64,000 nucleotides of DNA, taken from a virus. The stretch lies in the IMG/VR virus record IMGVR_UViG_3300043607_000045, positions 7,161 to 71,160 of that record; one strand, written 5' to 3'. Positions 46,196 through 55,455 of the stretch are shown piece by piece. Both the position numbers and the translations under genes were made by a program. The notes below the pieces were generated by a model. That model saw only the letters and a list, made by a program, of their open reading frames with translations. It had not been told where the DNA came from and did not search any database. Numbering within the stretch: the first letter of the stretch is position 1; each line of letters starts with the position of its first letter.

Positions 46196-48490
46196 ATGTA
46201 CCACCCCGACTGCATCGGCGCGCGCGAGGACCAGATCCTCCGCCATCCGACCTGGAAGAAGCTCTTCCCCCAGGGGATCCCCACCTATTCGATCGAGGAG
46301 AGCGAGGCGCACACGCGCGCGCTGGTCGCCGCCCGGAAGGAGGACGGATCCTTCACCCGGTCGCTCACCCAGGAGGAGAGCGTCTTCCTCGCGGCGACCC
46401 CGCTGCGCTGTGCGATCGACTACCCCTACTTTGTGACCCGCTTCGGAGTCGTGGATGACCAGGGGCATGGGATCCGCAAGCTCTCGACCCTCTCCGAGTC
46501 GCAGCAATTCGTCCTGAACAAGGTCGCCCAGCTCGAAAAAGCGCGCTGGGGATCCCACCCGGATGGCCTCCTCTTCAACGTCCTGAAGGCCCGCCAGCTG
46601 TTCGTCAGCACCCTGGCCGAGACGATGCTCGCGCACCGCGTGCTCTTCCAGCCACACACCCGCGCGCTGGCCGGCGCCGACGTCGAGGAGCAGGCCGGCT
46701 ACCTGTTTCGGATGGTGGTGCGCCTCTACGATGCCCTGCCGTGGTTCCTGCAGCCGGCGCCAAGATTCCCCTTTGTGAAGAATCGCGAGTTTGGGCTCGG
46801 CAACCAGAGCTTTGTGAAGACCGCCTGGGGCAAGAGCACACGCGGCGCGCTCCAGTCGGTGACGGGCCAGGAGGGATCCAAGGGCGCGATGGGCCGCGGC
46901 CAGACCTACGGCGTGGTGCACCTCTCGGAGCTGCCGACCTGGGACAACCCGGATCAGATCGACTCGGCGCTCCTGCCGGCGATCCCGATCCACCCCGACA
47001 CCCTAGTCCTGTTCGAGGCGACCGCGGAGTACGCCGGCGACTGGTGGCACCTCCACTGGCTGGCCTCGGGGGAGAAGGTCGGCCGCTTCACCAACATCTT
47101 TGTCCCGGTCTACGCCGAGCCGACCAAATACAGTCTGCCGGCGCCGCTTGACTGGACCCCCTCGTCGACCACGCTCGCCTGGGCCGCCAAATGCGAGCGC
47201 ACCTCGACCCAGTGGTACGATCACACCGTCCACCTCACGCGCAACCAGATCTACTGGTACGAGACCACCCGAGCCTTCTATGAGAAAAAGAACGATCTGG
47301 GCTCCTTCCTCAAGGAGTACTGCGCCGACGACCTCGAATGCTTCCAGTACGCGGGCAAGTCGATCTTCAGCTTCAACCAGCTCGATGCGATCGACCAGGC
47401 GGGATCCCGTCGTCCGCTACTCGACGTGTGGCGTGTCGAGCCGGCGCGCGACATCGCCGCCCTTCGTCGCACTGCTCAAGAGGATCGCCCAGGCGCTCCT
47501 GTCCCCCCGCCCACCCGCCGCCCGGATCCGCCTCTCTCCCTTCGTGTGGGGCCCGGCGCGGGATCCAGCGTGGCGGGCTACGCCTTCCCGGTCCCGGCCG
47601 GCTATGGCTTCCAGCGGCTCACGGCGCAGGAGCTGAAGGATCTCCCCTCCCTGCGCAGCTCGGTGCTCGCCATCTGGGAGTACCCGCGGCCGCGGGGCAA
47701 GCGTCGCTACGTGATGGCGGTCGATGTGAGTGAGGGCTTGGGGCTCGACTACTCGGTGGTCGACATCATCCGGCTCCCCACGATCGAGGAGCCGGCCGAG
47801 CAGGTCGCCCAGTACATCTCGAACGTGATCGACACCAAAGAGCTGGCCTTTGTCTGCGATGCGATCGGCCACCTCTACCCGGACGAGGACGCGATCGAGG
47901 CGCTGGCGGCGATCGAGACCAACTCGGTGGGACTGGCGACCCAGGACTCGATGCAGCTGCACCTGGGCTACACCGCCTTCTACGTCTGGGAGTACGCCGA
48001 CTCCGCCTCGCCCGACCGGCGCTACTCGACCAAGATCGGATGGGTCACCACCACCCGTACACGCCCGATCCTGCTGACGTCGTTCCGCGACGCAGTGACC
48101 ACGATCGACCCGATCACCAGCCAACCCGACTACATCCTGAACTCCCCGGTCACCCGCGGCGAGCTGCGCCACTTCATCACACCCGACGTCCTGGCCAACG
48201 CCCAGGCCGCGCGCGGGCAGCACGACGATTGTGTGATGAGCGCGGCGATCGGCTACTATGTGGCCTGGAGACTGGCCGGCGGCGAACTCGAACCGATCGC
48301 CGAGAAGCGCCGTCGTCGGGCCGCCCTCCAGGAGCAGCAGGCCCTCACGCCCCAGACCCGTCGCGACTTTCGGAACAGCGCCCTGACCACCGACGAGGTC
48401 GAGGCCCACGCGGAGGAGGATGATGAGTTCCAAGACGACCTCGCCGCCGGTGCCGGACTCCACTTCGACGCCCGCAACCGCGTCGACTAA
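46196..48490 (+). CDS. terL: Terminase large subunit
   Basis: LKARQLFVST Walker A, VHLSE Walker B, EAT motif III, AVDVSEG..DYS, IETN, HDDCVMS nuclease motifs. Confidence 0.93.
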   Translation: MYHPDCIGAREDQILRHPTWKKLFPQGIPTYSIEESEAHTRALVAARKEDGSFTRSLTQEESVFLAATPLRCAIDYPYFVTRFGVVDDQGHGIRKLSTLSESQQFVLNKVAQLEKARWGSHPDGLLFNVLKARQLFVSTLAETMLAHRVLFQPHTRALAGADVEEQAGYLFRMVVRLYDALPWFLQPAPRFPFVKNREFGLGNQSFVKTAWGKSTRGALQSVTGQEGSKGAMGRGQTYGVVHLSELPTWDNPDQIDSALLPAIPIHPDTLVLFEATAEYAGDWWHLHWLASGEKVGRFTNIFVPVYAEPTKYSLPAPLDWTPSSTTLAWAAKCERTSTQWYDHTVHLTRNQIYWYETTRAFYEKKNDLGSFLKEYCADDLECFQYAGKSIFSFNQLDAIDQAGSRRPLLDVWRVEPARDIAALRRTAQEDRPGAPVPPPTRRPDPPLSLRVGPGAGSSVAGYAFPVPAGYGFQRLTAQELKDLPSLRSSVLAIWEYPRPRGKRRYVMAVDVSEGLGLDYSVVDIIRLPTIEEPAEQVAQYISNVIDTKELAFVCDAIGHLYPDEDAIEALAAIETNSVGLATQDSMQLHLGYTAFYVWEYADSASPDRRYSTKIGWVTTTRTRPILLTSFRDAVTTIDPITSQPDYILNSPVTRGELRHFITPDVLANAQAARGQHDDCVMSAAIGYYVAWRLAGGELEPIAEKRRRRAALQEQQALTPQTRRDFRNSALTTDEVEAHAEEDDEFQDDLAAGAGLHFDARNRVD

Positions 48491-48986
48491 GGAGCCTGCG
48501 GCGCCGCTGGTCCCGCTCAGCGTCGCGCGCCTCGACAAGGTGCCGCTGCGTCGCAAAGGGGCGACCCTCCAGGCGGTACGGGTCACCCATGATCACTCGG
48601 TGACCATGCCCGATGAGACGGTCGTGATCGCGCGCGTGGGCGACTGGGTCATCCTCTCGGGCTCGATCATCATCGCCTACCTCAAGGACCGCGACTTCCC
48701 AGGCCCCTACGAGATCGTGGCCGAGGGCACCCTCACCCTCAGCCTCCAGGATCGCGAGCTGCTCGAACGGACCACCGGCCTGGGCACCACGCGCACGCCG
48801 ATGGAGCTGGTCGCCGCCATCCAACGCCTCGCGCGCATCGGGATTGGCGACGTCCAGATCCCCTTCACGCCGGGCCAGCTCGAAGAGATCGCCTATCGCG
48901 CGACCAAGCGGGGGATCACCCTACAGCGGGCGGTCCAGGACGTGATCGATCGGATCTCGGGTGAGCTGTTTCACCGTCCGAGCTAA
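48420..48986 (+). CDS. Hypothetical protein, possible C-terminal ribbon-helix-helix
   Basis: GGAGGAGG SD; VQIPFTPGQLEEIAYRATKRGITLQRAV. Confidence 0.7.
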   Translation: MMSSKTTSPPVPDSTSTPATASTKEPAAPLVPLSVARLDKVPLRRKGATLQAVRVTHDHSVTMPDETVVIARVGDWVILSGSIIIAYLKDRDFPGPYEIVAEGTLTLSLQDRELLERTTGLGTTRTPMELVAAIQRLARIGIGDVQIPFTPGQLEEIAYRATKRGITLQRAVQDVIDRISGELFHRPS

Positions 48987-48988
48987 CC

Positions 48989-49156
48989 GTGGAGGATCAG
49001 CGCGCGGTGTTTCGCGTCGACCCGACGCCCACGCTCGGATCCCCTGTGCTCTCGCTCGCCTATCGATCGTTCCCCCAACCGCAGTCACGCTGGCGTCGCT
49101 GGAGGGCCTGGATCGTCCGGGCCTTCTGGTGGGGCTGGGCGATTCTGCCCCACTAG
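48989..49156 (+). CDS. Small Trp/Arg-rich peptide
   Basis: Read by hand: ...RWRRWRAWIVRAFWWGWAILPH; fills the gap exactly and ends TAG-ATG. Confidence 0.45.
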   Translation: MEDQRAVFRVDPTPTLGSPVLSLAYRSFPQPQSRWRRWRAWIVRAFWWGWAILPH

Positions 49157-50467
49157 ATGTGCGACGACGGCTTCGCCATCACCGGCGGTGGGGGCGGGGG
49201 CGGTGGGGTCGGCCCAGCCGGGCCGGCGGGGCCTGCGGGTCCGCCCGGCGCGACCGGATCCCCCGGATCCCCAGGCGCGGGCGGCTTGCCTGGGCTGGAT
49301 GGGATCGATGCTGAGCCCGACTTTCCCATCCCCGGCCTCCCTGGTGTGGCTGGGACCCCTGGTAGCGCAGGCGTCGCCGGCCCTCCTGGTGCTCCAGGTA
49401 GTCCCGGGATCGACGGCGTCGACGGCGATCCGGATTTCCCGATCCCTGGGCCGCCTGGGGCAACCGGGGCTGCGGGCGCTCCAGGTGCGCAGGGGGATCC
49501 GGGGACACCCGGGGCGACCGGACCCACAGGCCCAACGGGCGCGATGGGGCTCGATGGCGCCGATGCGGAGCCGGATTTCCCGATTCCAGGCCCACCCGGC
49601 ACGCCAGGGGTAGCCGGATCCGCAGGCGCGCCAGGCGCCGTGGGTGCGATGGGCGCGCCAGGGCTCGATGGCCTCGACGGCGACCCCGACTTCCCGATCC
49701 CCGGCCCGACGGGTCCTCAAGGCCCCGCCGGATCTGCGGGTGCCACGGGACCCGTCGGGCTCGCCGGCGCGCCAGGTCTGGACGGGATCGATGGGGATCC
49801 TGACTTTCCCATCCCTGGACCGCAAGGCCCCACCGGCGCGCAGGGCTCCATCGGCCCCACTGGCGCGATCGGCTCGACGATCTGGATCCCCGGGATCATC
49901 GACGACTCGGCCGGCGATGCGCTGCTTGACTTCTCGGGGCCGCCCACGGTCTCGCTCCCGCAGCGGATCTACAACGTCTCGGTCGCCTCCCAGGCCCCCG
50001 CGGCCGCCACCCGGACCTATCTGACCGGATCCGCGCTCAAGGTCCCGTCGGGGAAGCTCGCCATCGGGAATATGTTCCTCTGGCGCTTCAACATGACCAA
50101 GACGGGCGCCGGCACCGCGCTGTCGACCTTCGACATCGCCTTCGGCACCGCCGGATCCACCGCCGACACCGCGCGCGTGTCCTTCGTCAAGCCGGCCGGA
50201 ACCGGGGTGATCGACGAGGCGTGGGTCGAGATCATGGCGACGATCCGCGGGCCGATCACCTCGCTCTGTATCGTGAGCGGGCTCTTCCACCTCTCGCACA
50301 ATCTCGCCGCGACGGGGCACGCGATCATCCCGAACGTCGTCGTCAATACCCAGTCGGCCGGCTTCGACGTCACCGGCGCCAACATCATCGCCGGGATCTG
50401 CCTGACCTCTGGCGCGCTCGACGCGATCACGATCCAACTGATGCAAGCCGAAGCGTTCAACCTCTAG
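49157..50467 (+). CDS. Collagen-like virion fibre protein with C-terminal beta domain
   Basis: GXY triplets interrupted five times by G[LI]DGxD[AG][ED]PDFPIPG. Confidence 0.88.
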   Translation: MCDDGFAITGGGGGGGGVGPAGPAGPAGPPGATGSPGSPGAGGLPGLDGIDAEPDFPIPGLPGVAGTPGSAGVAGPPGAPGSPGIDGVDGDPDFPIPGPPGATGAAGAPGAQGDPGTPGATGPTGPTGAMGLDGADAEPDFPIPGPPGTPGVAGSAGAPGAVGAMGAPGLDGLDGDPDFPIPGPTGPQGPAGSAGATGPVGLAGAPGLDGIDGDPDFPIPGPQGPTGAQGSIGPTGAIGSTIWIPGIIDDSAGDALLDFSGPPTVSLPQRIYNVSVASQAPAAATRTYLTGSALKVPSGKLAIGNMFLWRFNMTKTGAGTALSTFDIAFGTAGSTADTARVSFVKPAGTGVIDEAWVEIMATIRGPITSLCIVSGLFHLSHNLAATGHAIIPNVVVNTQSAGFDVTGANIIAGICLTSGALDAITIQLMQAEAFNL

Positions 50468-50478
50468 AAAGGGATCCT

Positions 50479-50856
50479 ATGGCCGCCAACAAAGTCTTCA
50501 ACTTCGGACCTGTCGCACTGACGACGACCCTGACCACCAACATCCTCAACCCGAATATCACCTCGGTGGCGGGCCCGGTCGGCTTCACCATGTCGCAGCC
50601 GTACATCGTGCTGCGGCACATCCGGTTCGTGAACAAGACCGCCGGCGCGGTCACCATCTCGCTCTGGAAAGGCGCCACCGGCGGCAACGTCGCCGGCACC
50701 GAGGTCGTTGGCCAGGGGCTCGTCATCGCCGCCAACAGCGTGTACGACTGGTACGGGCTGATGCGGCTGGACGCGGCCGACTTCCTGGTCGGCGGCTGCA
50801 ACACCGCCACCGCGGTCAGCATCCAGGGTGAGGGCGAGATCGGGGTCAGCGGCTAG
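50479..50856 (+). CDS. Virion structural protein (beta-sandwich)
   Basis: MAANKVFNFGP start; Thr/Val/Gly-rich. Confidence 0.75.
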   Translation: MAANKVFNFGPVALTTTLTTNILNPNITSVAGPVGFTMSQPYIVLRHIRFVNKTAGAVTISLWKGATGGNVAGTEVVGQGLVIAANSVYDWYGLMRLDAADFLVGGCNTATAVSIQGEGEIGVSG

Positions 50857-50857
50857 G

Positions 50858-51196
50858 ATGGCTGCCCAATTCGTCGCCTTTGGGCCGATCCTGGTGCCGG
50901 TGGCCGGCCAGCCCTACCAGGTCCCGGTCCCCGCCGAGATGAACCCGCCGAGCTGTCACGCGGTGATCATCGAAGCGCTGCCTGGGAACACCGGCAAGAT
51001 CTACATCGGCCTGCAGGGGCTGAATCGCGCCTCGCTCGCCCAGGTGCTGGCGATTCTACCCCTGCCGACAGCCAATCTGCTGCCGACCTTCTCGATCGCA
51101 CTGACGGTGGCGGGGAACGCGATCAACGTGGGGGCGTTCTGGATCGACGCCGACATCTCCGGCGAAGGCGTGCTACTCTCAGCGTTGGTCGCCTAA
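50858..51196 (+). CDS. Virion structural protein (beta-sandwich)
   Basis: ALPGNTGKIYIG motif common in phage small virion proteins. Confidence 0.72.
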   Translation: MAAQFVAFGPILVPVAGQPYQVPVPAEMNPPSCHAVIIEALPGNTGKIYIGLQGLNRASLAQVLAILPLPTANLLPTFSIALTVAGNAINVGAFWIDADISGEGVLLSALVA

Positions 51197-51197
51197 C

Positions 51198-51287
51198 ATG
51201 CACACCTGGCTCGGCTTCCTCGGCGGCGTGCTGCTGATGTTCGTGGTCGGCTGGGTGATCCTCCTGCGATCAGGCCCGAGGTTCTAG
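51198..51287 (+). CDS. Single-TM micropeptide
   Basis: MHTWLGFLGGVLLMFVVGWVILLRSGPRF; TAGTG coupling. Confidence 0.6.
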   Translation: MHTWLGFLGGVLLMFVVGWVILLRSGPRF

Positions 51288-51781
51288 TGCCCGTCCATGA
51301 TTACTACTGCGCGCGGTGCGGGCAGGTGCTCGTGGACATCCTGGTCCCGATTGCGATCGGCCAGGCCGCCGGCGCCCCCATCCACTGCGACCAGCCCACC
51401 GTCCCGATCCCAGGGATCGGCTCGATGGACTACGGGGCGGTCAAGGGGGCGGGGTTCAAGGGCTTCACCACCACCGACGCCCGAGGGAACCCGGTCGAGA
51501 TCAATTCCCTCCATGATCTGCGCCGGGTCGAGCGCGAGAGTGAGGTCGCGCACCGCAACGGCGAAGGCCAGCCGATGGTCTGGCGGCGCTGGGCGCAGAA
51601 CAACAGCAACGCGGATCAGCCGACCCTCTCCAAGAGCTACTATGGCGGCGACGCCCCCACGCCCCAGGCGAAGCATCGCTTTGGCTCGACGCTGAAGCGC
51701 TCCGCCGACGAACCGGCAGGATCCTTTGGGCCGGGGGTCGACGAGTCCAATACCTCCGCGCTCGCCATGGAGGGCAAATGA
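51287..51781 (+). CDS. FmdB-like zinc-ribbon protein
   Basis: MPVHDYYCARCG...HC; usual position near the portal. Confidence 0.78.
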   Translation: MPVHDYYCARCGQVLVDILVPIAIGQAAGAPIHCDQPTVPIPGIGSMDYGAVKGAGFKGFTTTDARGNPVEINSLHDLRRVERESEVAHRNGEGQPMVWRRWAQNNSNADQPTLSKSYYGGDAPTPQAKHRFGSTLKRSADEPAGSFGPGVDESNTSALAMEGK

Positions 51782-52062
51782 TCGCCGTTGACCAGTTCCC
51801 ACCCGACGACGGCGTCCAGGCGGTCACCTTCGCGCGCGATCAGCCGGAGTACGATCCCCTCCCCGCCCTGCTCTACCCGGACGGGACCGTCCTCACCGAG
51901 TGGGCCTTCACCGACGAGGAGCGCGCCTTGATCGCGCGCGGGGAGAATCTCCGGCTCTGGATCATCAAGGGACTCTTCACCCGCTGCAGCCACTGCAATC
52001 AAGCCAACCCAACCTACCTCCAGCCGGTGAAGCTCGAACTGACCCACGAGCAGGTCGCCTGA
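51778..52062 (+). CDS. Hypothetical protein
   Basis: DQPEY.PLPA...W.FTDEER motif; coupled. Confidence 0.72.
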   Translation: MIAVDQFPPDDGVQAVTFARDQPEYDPLPALLYPDGTVLTEWAFTDEERALIARGENLRLWIIKGLFTRCSHCNQANPTYLQPVKLELTHEQVA

Positions 52063-52337
52063 TGCCGACCTCCCTCAAGAGCCAGCTCGATGACGTCGTC
52101 GGCGGGCTCGTGAACGCCGAGCCGGCGACCCAGATCACGCGCGGGATCGCCAAGGTTGGCGAGGCCGCCGAGCCCTATCTGAACAAAGCCAGCGACGCCT
52201 ACGACTCAGCGAAGACCTGGGTGCAGAAGAAGCTCACCCCGACCCCGCCACCGATCACCACCGACATCAATCTCCCGGTCTCGGGCAAGCGGAAGGTCAC
52301 CAAACCCGTCCCCACGCGGTCCCTGAGTAAGCGCTAA
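52062..52337 (+). CDS. Hypothetical protein
   Basis: TGATG and TAATG coupling. Confidence 0.65.
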   Translation: MPTSLKSQLDDVVGGLVNAEPATQITRGIAKVGEAAEPYLNKASDAYDSAKTWVQKKLTPTPPPITTDINLPVSGKRKVTKPVPTRSLSKR

Positions 52338-54520
52338 TGGCCGACTTCAGTCCCTCCGGCGTGCTCGATCTGCCGCAGACCACTGCCGATAGCCTGAGCA
52401 AAGGCGACACCCGTGTGCTCGGCTGGCTCAAAGAGTGGCTGGTGGAGGGGGATCTGATCAACCGATCGGATCCCTCCTACGAGGGGATCGAGAAGGCGTT
52501 TGAGTATGTGGTCGGCGAGCAGCGCTCCCCCGAGACGCGCAAGCTGAAGTACCTCCCCCAGGTCGTCATCAATGAGACGCGGAAAGCGATGCAGGCACAC
52601 GTCAGCGCGATCACCGACTTCGAGCCGGTGGTCGGCTGGAAGGGCCCACCCGAGGCGCAGCTCCAGGCGGATCTGCTCAACAAGTATCTCCTGGCCGAGT
52701 GGATCACCCTGATGCTCGACCTCGACCTAGGCGACTGCGTCAAGTACTCGCTCGCCGGCGGGACCGGGGATCTGATCGTCGACTGGGATCCGCATATCCC
52801 GCTGGGCGGGGGGCATCAGCTCTCCGCACGGGATCCCAGGGATACTCTCCCGCTGCGCCCCAGCTACGGCCGCTCCGTCCAGTCCTGGGAGGGGGTGTGC
52901 TTCCGCGAGGAGCACTCGGTGAACGTCCTCAAGGGGATGTACCCCACACGCGCGCACCTCTTCAAAGCCGCCTCGGATACCTCCCTGGGACGAATCGCCG
53001 GCCGCTTCCGGATGGGCCTCTCGCGCCTCCTCAGCCCGGCCGACCCGCTCGACTCGATCGCTGGTGGGGGATCCGCCGCCTCCGCCCGTCGCCTGCGCCG
53101 CGGCTCGGTCGCCCTCTACCGCGGCTACTTCCACGACCGCACCCGCAACCTCACCACCACCCCGATCCCGATGGGCACCCCGGGCGCGAACTGGGCCTAT
53201 GTCGTCAAGCCGGGCGAGCCCCTCTACCCCCGCGGCCGCCTGCTGGTCGCCACCGACGATGCCGTGATCTATGACGGCCCGAACACCTACTTTCATGGGC
53301 TGTTCCCCTTCTGCCGGCTGAAGCTCTGGTCGGTCCCGTGGCAATTCCTCGGGGTCCCACTCTTTAACGACCTGATGCCGATCCAGGACGCGATCAACGA
53401 CACGGTGGGGGACATCCGGCTAGGGATCCAGCAGTGGATCAACCCCGACGTGACCTACAACCGCAACGCCGTGTCCGAGGCGACCATGAAGATCATGGAT
53501 CCCCGGCGGCCTGGGAAGCGGGTCAAGGTCACCCCGGGGTTTGGGGATCCCTGGAAGAAGGAGAACGGGCCCAATCCGCAGATCCTCTCGATGGCGATCG
53601 AGATGTGGGAGAAGCTCACCACCAAATTCGAGAGCCTGAGCGGGACGGCGAACCTGCAGGCCCTCCTGCAGCTGCGCCAGATGCCCAGCGCCGACACCAT
53701 CGAGAAGTACTACAACGCCCTGACCCCGGAGATCCGCAGCGAGGCACGCACGGTGGAAGCCTTCCTGCGCGACCTCTCCGAGATGATCAAGGTCAACTAC
53801 TTCCAGTTCCTCAGCAAGGCGAAGCGGATCCAGATCCTGGGCTCGGCGGGCGAGTCGATGGTCGACTTCGACTTCGACCCCAACACCCTGGTCCCCGGGC
53901 TGAAGAAGGGGGATCCGAAGTACACCCCCGAGCTGGACGTCGACGATACCACCCGGGATCAGCGCGCGATCTTCATTGCCGGCCAGCTCCAGTTCGTCGT
54001 AGCGCCCAACTCGGTGCTCGCGATCGACGCCACCGAGCAGAAGATGATGCGACTGCAGCTCGCCCGGATGGGCTACTACGACTTCTGGTCGCTGCACGAG
54101 ACACTGCACACCCCGAATGTCGGCGCCCCGCCCGCGGTCCCGCTGCCGCCGATCGAGCCCCCGCCGCCTGGGCTCCTCGAAGCCATGGTCGCCCAGGTCG
54201 TCGCCCCCGGCGGGATGCCGGCGCCGCCAGGAGCCCTGCAGGCCACCATCCAGGGCGTGATCGCCGGCGCGATCCCGCCGCCCAAGTACACCGATCCGGA
54301 GAGCGGCCGCACCTTCACGCTCGACCCGACCTCGGGCTCGGTCCTAGAACTGCGCATCCCGAACACCATCACCGAGCGCCTCCAGGCCCAGCAGCTCCTG
54401 GGCATCGGCCAGACCGAAAACCCAGCCGGGCGGAAGGCGTCCGGGCAGGCGCCTCCGAAGCAGGAGACCAAGAACGACCAGCCCGGTGGGCGGCCCACCA
54501 TCACCGAATCGAAGAAATAG
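52337..54520 (+). CDS. Portal protein (P22/podovirus-like)
   Basis: 727 aa between TerL and scaffold; YPRGR, FPF, DLMPIQDAIN motifs; Pro-rich tail. Confidence 0.85.
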   Translation: MADFSPSGVLDLPQTTADSLSKGDTRVLGWLKEWLVEGDLINRSDPSYEGIEKAFEYVVGEQRSPETRKLKYLPQVVINETRKAMQAHVSAITDFEPVVGWKGPPEAQLQADLLNKYLLAEWITLMLDLDLGDCVKYSLAGGTGDLIVDWDPHIPLGGGHQLSARDPRDTLPLRPSYGRSVQSWEGVCFREEHSVNVLKGMYPTRAHLFKAASDTSLGRIAGRFRMGLSRLLSPADPLDSIAGGGSAASARRLRRGSVALYRGYFHDRTRNLTTTPIPMGTPGANWAYVVKPGEPLYPRGRLLVATDDAVIYDGPNTYFHGLFPFCRLKLWSVPWQFLGVPLFNDLMPIQDAINDTVGDIRLGIQQWINPDVTYNRNAVSEATMKIMDPRRPGKRVKVTPGFGDPWKKENGPNPQILSMAIEMWEKLTTKFESLSGTANLQALLQLRQMPSADTIEKYYNALTPEIRSEARTVEAFLRDLSEMIKVNYFQFLSKAKRIQILGSAGESMVDFDFDPNTLVPGLKKGDPKYTPELDVDDTTRDQRAIFIAGQLQFVVAPNSVLAIDATEQKMMRLQLARMGYYDFWSLHETLHTPNVGAPPAVPLPPIEPPPPGLLEAMVAQVVAPGGMPAPPGALQATIQGVIAGAIPPPKYTDPESGRTFTLDPTSGSVLELRIPNTITERLQAQQLLGIGQTENPAGRKASGQAPPKQETKNDQPGGRPTITESKK

Positions 54521-54551
54521 CCACCCCGGCCGGGCTCCCCCGATTCGGTCC

Positions 54552-54586
54552 CTCACTTGCAAGTGAGCCGCGTCTCCCTCCACACT
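54552..54586 (+). promoter_or_regulatory. 16 bp palindrome over a candidate promoter
   Basis: CTCACTTGCAAGTGAG 54552-54567 is perfectly palindromic; TTGCAA-18 nt-CACACT-7 nt-ATG. Confidence 0.55.
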
Positions 54587-54593
54587 CGTTCCC

Positions 54594-54800
54594 ATGTGCA
54601 TGGGCGCCTCCCCGAGCAAAGGTCCAGACCCCTGGCAGGCCGAGGACGATCATCGGACCCTCACACGCGCCGCGGAAGTCCAGGCGGACCCCGCCCGGAT
54701 GAAGGGCGTCGTCAAACACCATTCCAAAATGAAGAAAGCGCTCAGCAACGTGAATCGCACGATCGGGGCGAGTAAACGGATGGGCGGAGGATCCCGATGA
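54594..54800 (+). CDS. Small basic head-region protein
   Basis: WQAEDDHRTLTRAAEVQADPARM motif seen in podovirus head regions. Confidence 0.72.
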   Translation: MCMGASPSKGPDPWQAEDDHRTLTRAAEVQADPARMKGVVKHHSKMKKALSNVNRTIGASKRMGGGSR

Positions 54801-54985
54801 CCGACAAGCACGGCAAGGCGATCACCCCCGGCTGCACGGTCAAGCTCCCCGATGGGACCAAGGCCCACGTCAGCGGCACGCTCTCCACGCGCGCGACGCT
54901 GGCGAAGGCGAGCGAGGTCGAGGTCATCGATCACCAGGGCGGCGCGAAGGCGGCGGACGGGGACTCGATTATCTGGGGATCCTAA
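54797..54985 (+). CDS. Small SH3/KOW-like protein, paralog A
   Basis: GGAGG SD; aligns along its length with the next ORF. Confidence 0.75.
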   Translation: MTDKHGKAITPGCTVKLPDGTKAHVSGTLSTRATLAKASEVEVIDHQGGAKAADGDSIIWGS

Positions 54986-55176
54986 TGACGGACAGAAATG
55001 GGAAGCCGATCACTGTGGGCTGCCGGGTCAAGAATCCGGACGGCTCGACCGGCCGGATCACCGGTGTCGTGACCACCAAGGCGCGGGTCCACCTAGCGAG
55101 CGAGGTCGAGGTGATCCCCGAGCACACCCATGGCGACAAGGCTGGCGACGGCGATACGATCGTCTGGGGCACCTAG
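54985..55176 (+). CDS. Small SH3/KOW-like protein, paralog B
   Basis: TAATG coupling; shares ASEVEVI and DGD[ST]I[IV]WG[ST] with paralog A. Confidence 0.75.
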   Translation: MTDRNGKPITVGCRVKNPDGSTGRITGVVTTKARVHLASEVEVIPEHTHGDKAGDGDTIVWGT

Positions 55177-55364
55177 TGCCGCCGTTCACCCCCTACGCCT
55201 CCGACGCGCAGCGGCGCTTTTTCCACACCGACACCGCGGCGGCCAAGGGGATCAGCGCTGAGGACGTCGAGGGCAAGGACCAGGTGAGCAAGGGGCGGAA
55301 GCTCCCGAAGAAACTCGGCAAGGTCGCTCCAGTGCAGCGCGCGCTGATGAGTGGAGGACGGTGA
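55176..55364 (+). CDS. Small basic protein
   Basis: PYASDAQRRFF...KGRKLP motif common in phage head regions. Confidence 0.7.
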   Translation: MPPFTPYASDAQRRFFHTDTAAAKGISAEDVEGKDQVSKGRKLPKKLGKVAPVQRALMSGGR

Positions 55365-55365
55365 G

Positions 55366-55455
55366 ATGGCAAAACCCTTCGGTGGCAAAGGCGCAGCGCC
55401 CTTCGGCAAGAAAGTCTCGGGCGGCAAGGGCATGAGCAAGGGCGGGCGGAAGTAG
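55366..55455 (+). CDS. Lys/Gly-rich micropeptide
   Basis: MAKPFGGKGAAPFGKKVSGGKGMSKGGRK; GGAGG upstream; fills the gap. Confidence 0.65.
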   Translation: MAKPFGGKGAAPFGKKVSGGKGMSKGGRK

